Shown here: positions 1 to 14,582 of the stretch, piece after piece | How the letters are laid out: every line of letters begins with the position of its first letter | How positions within the stretch are numbered: position 1 is the stretch's first letter | Source: Dictyostelium discoideum | Lineage: Eukaryota | NCBI GenBank assembly: GCA_000004695.1 | Contig: CM000153.2 | Coordinates: 4,864,001-4,928,000, forward strand | Length of the DNA stretch: 64,000 nt | Direction: 5' to 3' | Notes under the pieces: model-generated | Told to the model about the DNA's origin: nothing | Databases searched by the model: none | The model's input: only the letters and a program-made list of their open reading frames with translations | Position numbers and translations under genes: made by a program

Positions 1-706
1 AGCAACCTTGAGTGATCTTGGTTTACTTGATTTAACGAATGAATCAGTCTCTAATAGGAATAATAAAATCTCTTCACTCTTTTCTAATTTAACATATTTC
101 TTGAATGCATCTAACCAATTTGGTTCAGTTAATATAATTGTAAATGGATCATTTGGATCAGAGTCAAAGAAAGTTGTAGATGATTGTTGATTTGTCGTAA
201 ATCCACTACCACTACCATCATTACTAGTTCTAGGTGAAACACATCCTTGACCACTATTATTAGATCCTTGTTGTGATGACATTGATAATGGTGATGCCGA
301 TGATGATGAATTACTACTATTACTACCAGTGATACCACCAATTATTGGTAAACCACCTAAACTTGGTGAAAACATTCCAATTACTCCACTTTTAATTCTT
401 TCACTTACTCCATTTGATGATGATGATGATGACGATGAAGATGATGACGATGACGATGGTGTTGATTGAGAACTTAAATTTGGTGATGAAATTTTACTTG
501 TACTATTACTACTATTATTATTTATATATGGATTATTTAATGACATTGATGAATTTGAACTTGGTAATTTTGACATATTATTATTATTATTATTACTACC
601 AGTACTACTATTACTACCTACACTACTACTTAATGATGTTATTGCACTCGAATTATTATTTATATTTAAACTACTACTACCTCCACTATTACTTAAAGAG
701 CTACTT

Positions 707-743
<37 letters not shown>

Positions 744-3280
744 TACTATTTGAATTACTACTACTATTATTTAAATTATTATTATTTAAATTATTATTAT
801 TATTTTGAATATTTAATAAATAAGTTTTATATGATGGTATAACTAATTTGAATTTCTCTTTTAAAATCAACTCAAATTGTTGATCAATTTTTGAATCTTG
901 TTTAATTTTCTTTTCTTCACGATCAATATATTTTTTCATTTTCTCTTCACGTTGTAACATTTCTTTACAAATATTTGAATTTAAAAATGGTTGAAAATAG
1001 TTATAAGCAATATGTAATAGAATATCTTGAGAAACATTTTTAAACATATTTCTAGTGACTGATTTCGAAGAGATTGCATCTTGAATGGTTTGATATTGAA
1101 TTGTTGTAATTTGTTTATCACAACCTGGTTTCAAATAAATATCATAGATATCCATTGCATACATTTCCAATAATTGATCATCTTGAGTATCTTTAAATTT
1201 ATTAGTTTCTAAATAAAATGAAATCATATTTACAATTTCTGATGGTGTATTATTGTTAACTAAAAATGGTGTAATTAATGGTTCTAATCTTGGTGATAAT
1301 GATAAAACCAATGGCGGTATTATATTATTATTATTTGAATTTATATTTGAACTATTATTATTTGAATTATTATTATTTGAATTGTTGTTATTATTATTAT
1401 TATTATTACAGTTGTCTATATTTAATTGTGACATTAATCCTGAAATATTTGTATTACTATTACTTTTTATTAAACTACTATTTGCTAAACTACTACCACT
1501 ATTTGATGAAACTGGATTCAATTGTTTTAAAAATAGAATGAAATATTCAATTGTAATTGGATTTTTAATAATTGAATCAACTGAATTAATACAATGGAAA
1601 ACACCTCTATTTTCATTTAATAATGTTTCAAAATTTGATAATGACGATAATGGTGATAATGAAATCGGTGATACAGATAATGTTGATGATGATGATGAAT
1701 TTTTAATTAATGTACTTGCTGAATGATATAATGGACTTGTCATAAATAATGGAAACATTGATAAATTTAAAATATTATAAACATTTTCAACTGCTAAAAC
1801 TAAACTTGAATAAAATGGTTGATCTTCTTCGACTGTATTCTTTCTATTTTCAATTAATTGTTTTGATCTTTAACAAAAGTAAATAAAAAAGAAAATTAAC
1901 AAATTAATATTAAATTTAAAATAATAATTAAAAAAAAAAAACATCTACACAACACACTTACTCTGAATCGATATTAATTTCATATTTACAATCATTTGCA
2001 ATATAATTACCATACATATTTAAAAATAAAGTTCTAATTCTATTTCTTGGATAATTATTAGTTTCTAAATCTTTTAAAGTTGTTGCATCTAACCAAAATA
2101 ATAAATTTTCAAGACAATGTTGTTTCTCTGCAAAGATTCTAAATGCTTTTAAATAAATTGGCATATCCAATAAATCTTTAAAATTTTGTGGTGGTACAAT
2201 TAAAACATGTTGTTGTTGTTGATTATTACTATTATTATTCAATAATAATGATGAAGAAGTTGGTGTTGTAATTGGTGATACTGTTGGCGATGAGTTATTT
2301 GAAAAAGCTGGTTTAACTTCTTGATTGAAATTACTTTTACCAAATCTAACAACTTGATGTAAATTTATCATCTTTTTTAAAAAAAAAAATAAAAAATAAA
2401 AAAAACAAAAAAAAAATAAAAAATTAATAAAATGAATATTATTATTATTAATATTATTATTATATATTTACTTGTTTTGAAATGTTAAATAAAAAATCAT
2501 GTTTTCTAGTAACAAATTCAGATAATTCATTTTCAATTAACATTGAATATTTTTCATATTGATACATTGATTGATTTAATTTGGCCATTGTATTTGCAAT
2601 TTTATCACTTGTACTATCAGATATTGATTTTGAATATTTTAATAATAATGATCTTAATTCTTTTCTTTGAACATTTGATTCAACTAAAAATTTATCCATT
2701 TCTTGTTTTAAACTTTTAAAAATTTCTGAATGATCAAATGGAATTCCATTTTCAAATGTATAATCTAATAAAAATCTACACTCTTTCTATAGAAATTTGA
2801 AATTTTAGAGAAAGAGAGAGGGAGAGAAAAAAAAAAAATATTAACATACATGTATGTTAAAAAATAAATATAAAATTTCACTACTTACTAATGTTTGAGG
2901 TAAAACTGAAGCAACTTCTTTATTAAATTGAATTACTGTTGATGAAATTGTAGAGATTGATGGGAATTGTAATGAAACTCTATTAAGATCATTTGATAAA
3001 AAAAATGATGATTGACCAAATGATTCTGCTGAACTTAAAAATGTTCTTGATGCTTCTAATGTATTTATTAATGAACTTCTCAAATTAACCAATGTGTGAA
3101 TATTTGCACTAAACCTTTTGGATGAGATTACTTCCATTTCAATGGAATCTTCTAATAACTATAAAAAAAATTAAAAAATAATAATAATAATAAATTAGTA
3201 ATAAAAAAAAAATTTTAAAAAAAAAAGATATTTTATATTAATAATAATAATTTAGATATAAAACTTACAGTAAAACCCAT
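1..3280 (-). CDS. RGS (regulator of G-protein signalling) domain-containing protein. Multi-exon on the minus strand, with the 3' end running off the window. Proposed exons: 3280-3269 (ATGGGTTTTACT then GTAAGT), 3158-2889, 2786-2472, 2371-1962, and 1867-1 continuing past the edge.
   Basis: The ORF at 1958-2371 plus the following exon carry an RGS-like core (…AFRIFAEKQHCLENLLFWLDA…, …LFLNMYGNYIANDCKYEINID…). GTAAGT/GTAAAT donors and (T/A)AG acceptors join the listed ORFs in frame. The minus-strand frame then stays open through N/S-rich low complexity to position 1. A second RGS-like stretch (…FKKYVKLEKSEEILLFLLETDSF…) may lie near the window start. Confidence 0.55.
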
Positions 3281-3710
3281 TTTCTAATTATTATTGTTAT
3301 TAATATTTTCTTTTTTTTTATTTTTTTATTTTTTTTTTTTTTGTTTTTATTTTTATAGAAATACAATATTATTATTATTATTATTTTTTATTTTATTTTG
3401 TTTTTTTTTTCTTTAGATTTAAATAATGATAATTATAAAACAAACCATAAAAAAAAAAAAAAAAAAAAAAAATTTATAGTTAATAAATAATGTTAAATTG
3501 TTTGAATATTTGATTGATTTTAAAATAAAAAAAGTTAAAAATAAAAGTTATATAAATATTAAAATAATAATAATAATAAAAAAAAAAAAAATAGATTTAA
3601 AGATTAGTATCTAATGAACATGTTATATTATTGTGATTGGTTATTTGAAAAGATATATTTGAGATTTAATTTTATTGTAATAAACACCATAATAGTACCT
3701 TTTTGTTTTG

Positions 3711-3741
<31 letters not shown>

Positions 3742-3769
3742 ATTTTTAAACTTTTTAAATTTTTGACGA

Positions 3770-3840
3770 GGGTGTGAAATGATTAGATTTATTAATGGAG
3801 TGTGTGTGTTTTTTTTTGTGGTTTGTGATGTTTATTTAAG
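3770..3840. promoter_or_regulatory. G/T-rich box (GGGTGTG…GTGTGTGTG…GTGGTTTGTG) in the divergent promoter region between the RGS gene and the Rit1-family gene
   Basis: gacgagggtgtgaaatg…ggagtgtgtgtgttttttttgtggtttgtgatg stands out in an otherwise more than 90% AT spacer. It resembles the G-box / CA-element class bound by the Dictyostelium G-box-binding factor. Confidence 0.3.
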
Positions 3841-4190
3841 GTGTAAAATTGGTAAAAATTATAAAAATAAAAAAAAGATTTTTTTAAGTTTGGTAATATT
3901 TACTTAATAAACCTAAATTAAAGTTTTAGGTCTTGTATGCAATTAAATTTTTTTTTTTTTTTTTTTTTTAAATTTCAATTTTGTTTTTTTTATTTTTTTT
4001 AAAAAATTTTTTTTTTTTGATAATTCAACGGAAAGGGTTTTTTTTTTTTTTTTTTTATATTTTTTTATTTTTTTTTTACCAAATCTCTTGAGGAATCGCA
4101 CATCACTCTGAAGGATTTTTTTTTTTTTTTTTTTTTTTTCTTAATTAATTTTATTTTTTTAAGTTTTGTTTTTCCCAATAAAAATTTTCG

Positions 4191-4222
<32 letters not shown>

Positions 4223-4444
4223 CTTAATTGAATTTTCAATTAAAACTTAATTCTTATTGATATTCCCACCCAAATAAACAAAAGAGAATATCATTTTTAT
4301 ATATATTTGTTAATCATTTACCCAAATAAATAAATAAATAAAATAAAAAAAAATAAAAAAATAAAAAAAAAAAATTGGGAAAAAAAATAAAAAAAAAAAA
4401 AAATAAAAAAAAAAAAAAAAAAAATTTTCAAATATAATATTAAA

Positions 4445-5859
4445 ATGTATCACTCTGAAGCAAAAACTAAAAGAATTGTATTCAAAGGTGAATTAGGAGT
4501 ATTTAATAGATTACAATCAATTTATCATGATTCAAATTTTGTAGAAAAAGTTAGAGAATCATTATATAAAGGTTTACCATTAATAGCCAATTTAAGATGT
4601 GGGCTATGGTATAGTGAAAAGTTTGATGCAAAAGTTTATTTCAAATCTACAGATGGTCATTATGGTAATTGGAGTTTCAGTACAAATAGATTAAACCTTC
4701 ATCTATTAGATATAGTAAATAAATTCAATGGTGCAATAATTGTTGATTCAACTAGAAAAGGTAAAAAATTTCCAGACTCTTTCTCTAGAACTATTCCAAT
4801 TTGGACTTGTGTAATTAATAGAGTTTTATTAATTTTAAAAAAGCAACAACAACAAAAGCAACAACAAGAAGAAGAAGAGATTGAATGGGATACGGAATTA
4901 AATATGCCAGGATGGGTTAGTGATAGTGAAAAGGATCAAGTTGAAAATAAAGTTGTAAATAAATTTGTAAATCAATTATTAGAGTGTGGAGCTGATTTAA
5001 GTGGATTTTGTAAAAGTGTTAAAAAACCATTAAGACCAATTTGGATTTGTGTAGAGTCAATATTACAATGGTCAGATTCAATTGTGAATCCGGAGGAATT
5101 AAAATTTCATCCATTATATTTAGTATCATGTTCTGATAATAGAAGAGAGGGTCATCCATCATATCGTCAATATGTTCAAGGTGCTGGTGATGATGAAGAA
5201 CAATGGTCTTTTGGTTTAACTCCACAATTATTTTGGTCAAATCATAAAGAAATTTTAGCACAAAATAGAGATTACATTGAAGATTATATTTCACAATTAT
5301 TATTAGATTCAAAAATTAATTCAATTGAAATTGTTGATGAAATTAGTAATGAAAATGATGATAATAATAGTAATAATAATAATAATATTAATAATAATAA
5401 TATTGATTTTGGAGAAATTGATAAAGTTGGTGAAACTAATTTCTATATTAGTGATTCTTTAAAATGTAATTATTTTTTTTATTTATTTTAAAATTTTATT
5501 TTTTATTTACTAATTTTGTTTTAAAAAAAAAAAAAAAAAAATTAAAATAAAAAAGGTTTAAATAATAAAATTTGGAATAAATTTGATATTATTTTAAATT
5601 GTTCAGAAATTATTTATAAAGGAATTGTAAATGAAGAAGAAGGAAAAGATCAAGTTAGAAAATCAAATTATTTACATTTACCAATTAGAGAAGGTAAAAT
5701 TGGTAAAAATGATTTATTTAATCAATTACAACAAGCAGAAGATTTCATTATTAAAAAATTAATTGAAAATCCAAATTATAAAATATTAATTCATTCAACT
5801 ACTGGTAAAGCAAATTGTGTTTCAATTATAATGGCAATAATTACAAAATACTTTTTAAA

Positions 5860-5937
<78 letters not shown>

Positions 5938-6193
5938 TGGAAAGGATAATAATTCTGAAGATGATGATAATGATGATGAAGAAATTAATGAAAGTAATTT
6001 TTATTTTAAATTTTCAAATTCACCAAAATTTAAAGTTGAAAAAATTGATATAAAAATATCTTATTTATTCATTGAAAAATATTGTTCTCAGTCACTTCCA
6101 TGTAAATCAATGAGATTGGCTGTAAACAAACATTTAATGTCACCAAAACCAAGTTTGGTTTATAAAGGTTATTTAAAAGAAAATAAAAAATAA
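4445..6193 (+). CDS. tRNA A64-2'-O-ribosylphosphate transferase (Rit1 / initiator-tRNA phosphoribosyltransferase family). Two exons: 4445-5465 and 5556-6193.
   Basis: Remembered family motifs NRLQSIYHDSNFV, LPLIANLRCGLWY, YFKSTDGH, RLNLHLLD, VDSTRKGK, PIWTCV, RPIWICV, YVQGAGDDEEQW. The GTAATT donor at 5466 and the AG acceptor at 5554-5555 join in frame to a C-terminal phosphatase-like exon (…ILIHSTTGKANCVSIIMAIITKYFL…). Confidence 0.65.
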
Positions 6194-6526
6194 TTATTTG
6201 TGTATAATTTTAATCAAAAATAATAATTTCAAAATTACTTTTATTTTAGTATTTCTTTTTTTATTTATTTTTTTTTAAAAATTCCAACATTTTTAGTTAA
6301 TTTAGAACAAAAAAAAAAAAAAAAAAAAAACATGACCATGAGATGACTTTTCAATCGAATTTTTTGATTAATACATAAAAAAAGTTTTTTTTTTATTTTT
6401 TTCTTTTTTTTTATTTTTTTTTTATTTTTTTTTTATTTAAACAGATAGAAAAAAAAAAAAGGGGTAGAGTCTTTTTTTTATTTATTTTTTTTTATTTTAT
6501 ATTTTATATTTTAAATATTTTAAAGA

Positions 6527-7049
6527 ATGTCAAAAGTTAATGACTTTGGGTTTTCAGAAAGTAATGGAGATGAAGTTGGTATTACTATGAGTACACCATT
6601 TTTAGAGAGTGACAATAGTAATACACAAAGTATTAGTGGTAGAATAGGTAGTAATAATAATAGTAATAGTAAAAACAGTGGTGGTATTGGTAGTGGTGGC
6701 GGTATAAATATTAATGGTGATCCATATGGTAATAGTGGTGGTGGTGGATCAAAAACAAGTAATAATTTCGGATCGGGTACAATTGCATTTATGAAAGGAT
6801 TAACTCATCCAGTAGCAGCATCAGTACATGTATTATTCAAATTATCAGCGATTTTATTATATTTATTTTCAGGTTTATTTGGTGGAGGTTTCATCCTTAC
6901 ATTCATTCTATGTATACTTTTATTAAGTTTTGATTTTTATAGTGTAAAAAATATAACTGGTAGACTATTGGTTGGTCTCAGATGGTGGAATCAAGTAGAT
7001 CCAAAAGATGGTTCAAATAAATGGTATTTTGAAACTGCACCAGAGGTAA

Positions 7050-7145
<96 letters not shown>

Positions 7146-7540
7146 GTATTAATTTTTTTTTTTTTTTTATATATTTATAAAATTAGGGTCATAGAGTTAA
7201 TCAAATTGAATCATTAATTTTTTGGATTACATTATATGGCACACCAATATTCTGGATTTTATTTTTTTTAAAGTGTATAATTTCTCTTCAATTTGCTTGG
7301 ATTTTAAGTATGGTTATAATTTATACAATTAATTTTTTATTGTTTTTCCAATTTCCTAATTTTTTTTTTTTTTTTCCTTTTATAATAAATTCAGTACCAA
7401 TAATAGCATTATCATTAAATATGGCAAACGTTTATGGATTTTATAAATGTTCAAATAGTAATGTTTCAAACGCAGCTGCAACATTTGCATCAAACTATAT
7501 TGGTAGATCACTATTACAGCGTGCAAGTTCATTTATGTAA
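6527..7540 (+). CDS. Golgi membrane protein TVP23 / FAM18 family (DUF846). Two exons: 6527-7045 and 7187-7540.
   Basis: HPVAASVHVLFKLSAILLYLF, LLLSFDFYSVKNITGRLLVGLRWWNQVDPKDGSNKWYFE and the C-terminal …NVYGFYKC… resemble TVP23. The intron (7046-7186) has a GTAATA donor and a TTAG acceptor and contains a (TTA)n microsatellite. Confidence 0.75.
7046..7140. repeat. (TTA)n microsatellite, about 30 units, inside the TVP23 intron
   Basis: Uninterrupted ttattatta… run, seen directly. Confidence 0.9.
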
Positions 7541-7671
7541 AAAAAAAAAAAAAAAAATATAAAGAAAATAAAAAAGTAAAATTAAAAGTAATAAATAAAA
7601 GTAATAAATAAAAGAATGGGAGGAGGTAAAGAATAAGATAAAGAAAATAAAAATAAAATAAAAACATTTAT

Positions 7672-10659
7672 TTATTTAATATTTCTCATTTTACCAATTA
7701 AATTACAAATATTCTTTTCAGCATTTGTTAGCAAAGATATATTATTTGTATTATTATTATTATTATTACTATTACCATTATTATTATTATTATTGTTATT
7801 ATTATTATGTAATTGTTGATGATAAAATGAAGTAAAAGTATCACGATTCATTTCTAATAATGATTGAGTTTTTTGTAATAAAGGTTCAGCACTAACACCT
7901 AAAGCAGATAATACATTAAATAAATAACCAATATCATTACTAAGTTGTTGACATGATGGTTCATTTAATGTTATAATTTCAACTATTGTTTGTAAATATA
8001 ATTTTTCAGTTGCTTTTGCTACAATTGTAATCCATTGATGAGCAATACCATCTTCCAATTCATCATCTTCATCATTTTCATCATTTTCATTATTATTATT
8101 TGTATTAATATTAATATCTTGATCAGCATCTTGTTGTTCTTTTTCTTGTTGTTGTTCTTTTTCTTGTTGTTCTTGTTGTTGTTCTTGTTTTTCTTTTAAT
8201 TTTTCAATTAATAATTGTTCATCATCAAATTGTTTTTCTCTTTGATATTGAATTAAAAGATTTTGATAAAAATCATCTTCAGAATTCGAGCATGTTTTAA
8301 TTGGATATTGTAATGATGTTGATAATGAAAATCTTGTTAATTCTTCTTCAGAGTATGGATCTAATTGTTGTGGTATAGTTAATAAATGATCAGTAATTTG
8401 TGATATGTAACTTAGACCGCCGCCACCACCACCGCCATTATTTTGACTTGGGTTATTATTATTATTATTATTATTATTCCATTCATTTGAAACTATTTTT
8501 GGTAATTCCTTTAATTTCAATTTAATGAAATAAATTAAAGTTTCATATACAAAATGTTGAGAAATTGATAAAAGTTTTGAAATTTGATTAAATGATTCTT
8601 GTAAAAGTAATGGTTTCTTTGAAATTGATTGATCTTTTGAAACTGATGATGATGATGATAGTGGAAGTGGTGATGATATTATATTCTCTAAATTTTGTAC
8701 ACTAATTTGTAATTTTTGAATTTTATTTAAATCTTTACCTAATAAAAATTTTCTAATATTACAAATGAATTGATCATTATCATTATTACTACTACTATTA
8801 TTACTATTATTACTATTACCAAGATAATGAATAATATTTAAACTAGTTGAATTATCAAATTGTTGAAATTTATTTAAAAGTTGATGAATTGATTGAAGTA
8901 AATTCATTGCACCTTGAAAGTATTCCCAATTTTGTAATGTTGCACTTGTTCCAACACTATTACTATTACTATTACCACTACCACTACCACTTCTTGAATG
9001 ACTTCTAGTATGACTATTTGTAAGTTTTTTAACTGGATCAACTTCACCATTAATGCTTGATGGTGTATTTATTTGTTGTTGTTGTTGATTAAAATTTGGA
9101 AAAGTACCACTACTACCAATAATATAATTTGTTGTTAAACCAGTTATAAATTTTAATTCATTAATTGTATCTCTTAGAATTAAAGAGATTTCAGTGAATA
9201 TTTGATTTAAAACTGTATTGACATAACTATCGATATCAGTTGTATGTGTGAAATCAAAGAATCTTTCAATTGATTGTTGTGCGATTTGAAATGATTTTGG
9301 TATAAATTGATTCTCGATATTTTTAATTATATTTGTAAAATCAGCATTACCACTACCACCACTGCCACCACCACTCTTCTTTTGTAAAGTTAAAATTGGT
9401 GAAATCGATTGCAATTGTGATTTAACTGATTTAATTTCATATTCACTAAATTTATTTTGAAAGTATTTATATGGTTCAAATATTACTTTAAATAATTTAT
9501 CTACTGCTGGTGAAGTAGTTGGTGTTGAAGAGGAATTAATTATGTTTGGAAATATTGGTGATAATGATTTTAAGAAAGAACAAGTTGTTTTATAAATTGA
9601 TAATAGTTCATTAACTTTAATTGGTTGTTGAGTTGTTTGATTGGCAATCGTAATGGCTTGATCAATTCTACTTTGAACATTTGGATTAATCGTAGTGAAT
9701 AAATGAATGATTAAATTCTCCAATACTTGAATATAATCTATTGGACATAATCCCGACAACCAATTGAATTCACTATTTATCATTACCAAAACTTCATCAT
9801 AAAATTTTGATAACCAATTATGAAAGTTTGATGATGACGATGACGACGACGACGACGACGAATAAGAATTCCATAATAATTTTAAAGGATCGATTCTAAC
9901 TTGATAATAATAAATAAAGAATTTATCTTGACGTTGAATATTTGTAAATATTTTTAAATAGTTTTTACAAGATTCTAAATCTTTTTGTTGTAATGATTGT
10001 TGAAGTGGTTGTTTTAATTGCGATTCTAAACGATCTTGATATACATTGAATTTCTTTGACTGTTCTCTAAACTCGGGTACGTCTGATAGGACTGATAATG
10101 ACTGTTTCACTTCTTCCAATTTATCAGAGATCATTAGGTAATCGTTTGATGAGAATAACTGGTCTACAGTTTTAGAGAAAGATAATAACTTCTCTGCCTC
10201 TTTTAACGAACGAATTGATATCTCCATTCTAGATTTCACCTGATCCAATTTCTCAATGACCGACACTGTCTCCATTGATTGGGGTGAATCATTATTCATC
10301 TCTCCGATTTTAGATGATATACTTTTAATACGGTTCTTTAAATGTAATGATTCTTTTCTAATTCTATCCACTTCTCTAATTGATTTTGGTACAATTAATA
10401 ATGATTCACTAGTTATACTCTCTAATGATATATTTAGTTCAATTTGATATAATTGTAATTTTGATAAATAGTTTGAACATATATTTTCAATTTCTAATTC
10501 TGCTTTTATATTATTTTGATCTGTTAATATTGATTGTTGATTAGATTTTGCATTACCACTACTACTACCACTACCACCACAATCACTTAATAAATTATTT
10601 ATCCATGTTTTTGAATTAAAATCATTTGAAGAAAATATATCTTTTAATTCATTATTGAT

Positions 10660-10662
<3 letters not shown>
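7672..10662 (-). CDS. cog7: Conserved oligomeric Golgi complex subunit 7 (COG7), single exon
   Basis: The N-terminal region resembles COG7 (…KTWINNLL…, METVSVIEKLDQVKSRMEISIRSLKEAEKL, FIYYYQVRIDPLKLLW against human …[27 protein letters not shown]…AYYYKCHKVQLL). The listed ORF begins at 10716 with a poly-K encoded by a poly(A) tract. The start is more likely the second ATG at 10662 (MINNELKDIF…). Confidence 0.7.
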
Positions 10663-10713
<51 letters not shown>

Positions 10714-11041
10714 CAATCATATAAAATATATACATATATATTTATACAAATAATTTTTGAAACTGAACAACAAAATTAAATTTTTTTTTAAAAAAAAAAA
10801 AAAAATATCATAATTTTTCAAAAAAAAAAAAAAAATCTTTTTTTTTTTTTTTTTTTTTTATTTTTCCCACCTAAACTTTTAATTTTTATTTTTTTATTTT
10901 TTTTTTCTAATTTTTATTTTTTATTTTTCATTATTATTTGTATAAAATAAAAATATCTTTATACTTAATAACAAACTATTAAGTATATAGGGGGAAGGGA
11001 AAAATAAAATAAAATTAAATTAAATTAAATTAAATTAAATA

Positions 11042-13194
11042 ATGTCAGTCGAAATTGTTCCTTTACCATTAAGGATTAATGAAAACGAAAGTTTTTTATC
11101 ATATGATGATAGATTAAATAGAGTTGTATTTAAAACATCATCTGGATTTGGAGTAGTACTTTTAGATGATCCAGAAGCAAATAGAAGATATTATAGTTCC
11201 GATAAACCAATCATAGATGCAAAATTTTCACCAGATTTAAAATATTCTGCAATACAATTCTCAGATTATGATATTGTATGTATATAAAAACATATTATTT
11301 ATTTATTTATTTCTCTATATATAATACACATTTAAACAAATGTGTTAATACATATAATTATTTTTATTTTAAAATTAGGAAATATTACATTTAGAGAATG
11401 GTACAAGATATATTCAAACATGTAAATATAAATCTAGTAAAGCCACTATATTAGGATACTATTGGACCACAAAAGAAAATATACTATTAGTAACAAATGC
11501 ATCATTAGAATTATATGCAATGGGTTTGGATGGTTCATGTAAATTAGTTAAAGAAAGTAAAATTAAAATAACGAATTGTGTTTATTCTGTAAGTTTATCT
11601 ACATATATATACATTTTTTTTTTTTTTTTTTTTCTTCAAATTTTTTAACAACAACAACTAACATTAATAATAATATTATTTATATAAATATAAATATAAA
11701 TAGTTTAATTGTAATTTTGGAGTACTATTTTTACATTCAGGTGGTACATCAATTCAACCATACTTTTTTAGAACCAATTCATTTGATAAATTACCAAAGT
11801 TTAATATTGAAGGTAATGGGAATGGATTTAATATAAAGAATTTATATGTAACGAAATTACATGAAAAGTTTTTTTGTGTTTATGGTGATCAAGAGTATAT
11901 TTATCTATACGAGATGACATTAGAGACAATCTATAAGATTAAACCTATAAAGATATTATTATCAGGTCCAAATAGTATTCATTTCGTTGATAATTTAATC
12001 ATTGTACATAGTGAATTAAATATTTCAATTGTTTACGATTTGAAAACTATTCAACGTGATCGTGAACGTGGTCAAACTAATAAAAAAGAACCTGAATTTC
12101 CAATATCTGCAATACCAATGACACTTTCAACTATAAATAGTAATAATTTATTATATTTAATGAATAATGCTACAAAAACACATTCCACAACTTCAACTCC
12201 AATAATTAATTCTATTAATAATAATAATAATAATAATAATAATCCATCATCGTCATCATCACCTAGTAGTAGTAATAATTCACAATCATCATCACCAACA
12301 ATGATATCATCATATGAACAACGCCAAATTGATCAACATAAAGAACAACAATTACAAAAACCAAATGTTACATTATATTCAAAGAATTGGAGATTCATTT
12401 GTCCAAACTATATTTTCGATCCAGATTCTGGTATTTGGTATGAAGTTACATTAAACTTTGAAAAGATTTCAAATTTCCTTCAATTCGATTCTCATAAAAC
12501 TATACCTTTTCTTCAAGAACGTACTTTGTTAAGTGCAAAGTTTGCATTACTTTCGATCATTAAAACAATCATTGAATTTAAAACTGATACTCTTGATGGT
12601 ATTGGTAAAATTTATGATGATCTAAATAAAGTTTTATTTAGAACTACAAATAGACAATTAACTGAAAGTTTACATAAATCAATTAATCAACCAAATAATA
12701 ATAATAATAACAATAATAATAATAACAATAATAATAATAATAATACAGCACAAACTTTAAATTCAACTGGAAATCTATCAAATAGTATTTCAATAGGTGG
12801 AATGAATACATCAACTGATAATTTAACAACAACAACAACAACATCGTCATCAATATCATCATCACCATCAAATTCATTTATTGGTAATTCAAAAACCAAT
12901 GTAAATAATTTATCATATTTAAATTATAAAAAACAACAGCAACAACAAATGGAAAAACAACAACATATGCCAAATGATGATGAAGATTCTTTTAGTTTAA
13001 TTGGAGATGGTGGTAGTGGTGGTAGTGGTGGTAGTTTTTATAATACAAATACAAATACAACCTCAACTACCAATACCACTACTTCCCCATCTGGTAAAAG
13101 TAATAGTAATTTGAAATTATCACAATCATTAAATAATACACCAAATCAATCACCAAATAGTAGATCATCTTTAAATAATAGTAGTAATAATATA

Positions 13195-13248
<54 letters not shown>

Positions 13249-14196
13249 CATGTTGTACAAAATAGACAATCAAGAAGTAATCAATATATTTTAATTAACA
13301 GTCATGATATGTATGATTTCGTATTCAATCCAATTTATGAAAAATTATTAATTGAATCACAAAAAGAAAAAGAAAAAGAAAATGATAATAATAATAATAA
13401 TACCAATAATAATACCAATAATAATAATAATAATAATATTGAAGAATTAAATTCAAATGAAAAATTAGAATTAGATTCAAAATATTTAATTGCAGTGGTA
13501 ATTCAATATATTAAATCATTAAGTTTTAATCATTGTACTGGTATATCGGATAAATTATATAATCTATTGATTAGTTTATTAATTGATAATAATATGTTTT
13601 CAAGATTACATCAATTCTTACAATATTATGTAATCACTGATTCATTATCAATAGCTTATAAACTTTTATCAATTGGTGAACAATATCCACCAGTACTTCA
13701 ATTGTCATTGGATATGTTTAAGAGATTATCAATGCCAAATATTATCATCGAAACTTTATTAGAGAGAGGTCAAGTTATTCAAGCAATTCGTTTATTACGT
13801 TCAACAAAGGAAACTAATGAACAAGCTTATCAAGAGTTGTTGACCCCAACTTATCCAATTCAATTCTTGGCTAGTTCTTCAAATCAGTCCAATGATACTC
13901 TATTCTTTTCAGTGTTTAAATTCTTTGAAACTAATAATTTAATTATACCTTCACATCCATCCTTTGATAAGTATATAAAATTATTCATTGAAAAGTTTAC
14001 TGAAAAATCATTATCACCTCTATTATTAGATATTCTTTCAAATTTAAATAATAATAGTACTAGTGGTGGTGATATAACTCCAAAGAAAAATGTTGGTGGT
14101 AGTTTCTTAAATCAAAGTTTAAATAATTCTTCTCCAACTTTAAGATCTTCAAATTCTTTAAATAGTTCACCTAGACTTCAATATTCTAATAATTAA
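11042..14196 (+). CDS. Regulator of MON1-CCZ1 complex (RMC1 / Mic1 / C18orf8 homolog). Three exons: 11042-11275, 11379-11588, 11704-14196.
   Basis: TCKYKSSKATILGYYWTTKENILLVTNASLELY, GVLFLHSGGTSIQPYFFRTNSFDKLPKFNIEG and IHFVDNLIIVHSELNISIVYDLK resemble human RMC1. Donors are GTATGT at 11276 and GTAAGT at 11589. The exon-3 acceptor (AATAG at 11699-11703) was chosen because it preserves the frame and restores the RMC1-like 'VLFLHS…IQPYFF' segment. The nearer CAG at 11738-11740 breaks the frame. A long Asn/Ser/Thr-rich low-complexity insert follows. Confidence 0.65.
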
Positions 14197-14582
14197 TAAT
14201 TAATTATTTTAATTTTGGTTTTAAAAAAAAAAAAAAATTAAAAAAAAAAAAAAAAAAATTAAAAAACTCTGATCGATTTTATTTTACTCATCTCTAAAAT
14301 ATATAAAAATAAAAAAAATATAAAAAAATATATATATATATATATATAAAAATAAATAGTGTATATCTTTATAACTAAATTAATTTTTTTAGTCTTGGTA
14401 AAATAATTTTAATTTTTTATTATAAAAAAAAAAAAAAATCATTTGAAAAGTACATAAACTTGAATGATTTTTACAATAATAATATTAAAAAAAAAAAAAA
14501 AAAAAAAAGATATCTTATTTATATAACTAAATTAATTAATTTTATAATATTTGTAAATAATTATTTAAATAATTAAAATTTA

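Noticed and set aside
414-1726. Plus-strand poly-Tyr/Leu ORFs (414-842, 1253-1726, 1278-1541)
   Set aside because: They are antisense to the real minus-strand RGS-gene exon. They arise from reading (AAT)n/(ATT)n coding repeats on the wrong strand.
7300-7420. Possible extra small intron in TVP23 exon 2, around the FQFPNFFFFFPF stretch
   Set aside because: No GT…AG pair there preserves the frame. Read-through gives a TVP23-like C-terminus (…NVYGFYKC…), so it is treated as coding.
11738-11740. Canonical-looking CAG acceptor for RMC1 exon 3
   Set aside because: It gives the wrong phase, with a stop after 29 codons. The upstream AATAG at 11703 preserves the frame and restores the RMC1-conserved 'VLFLHS…IQPYFF' segment.
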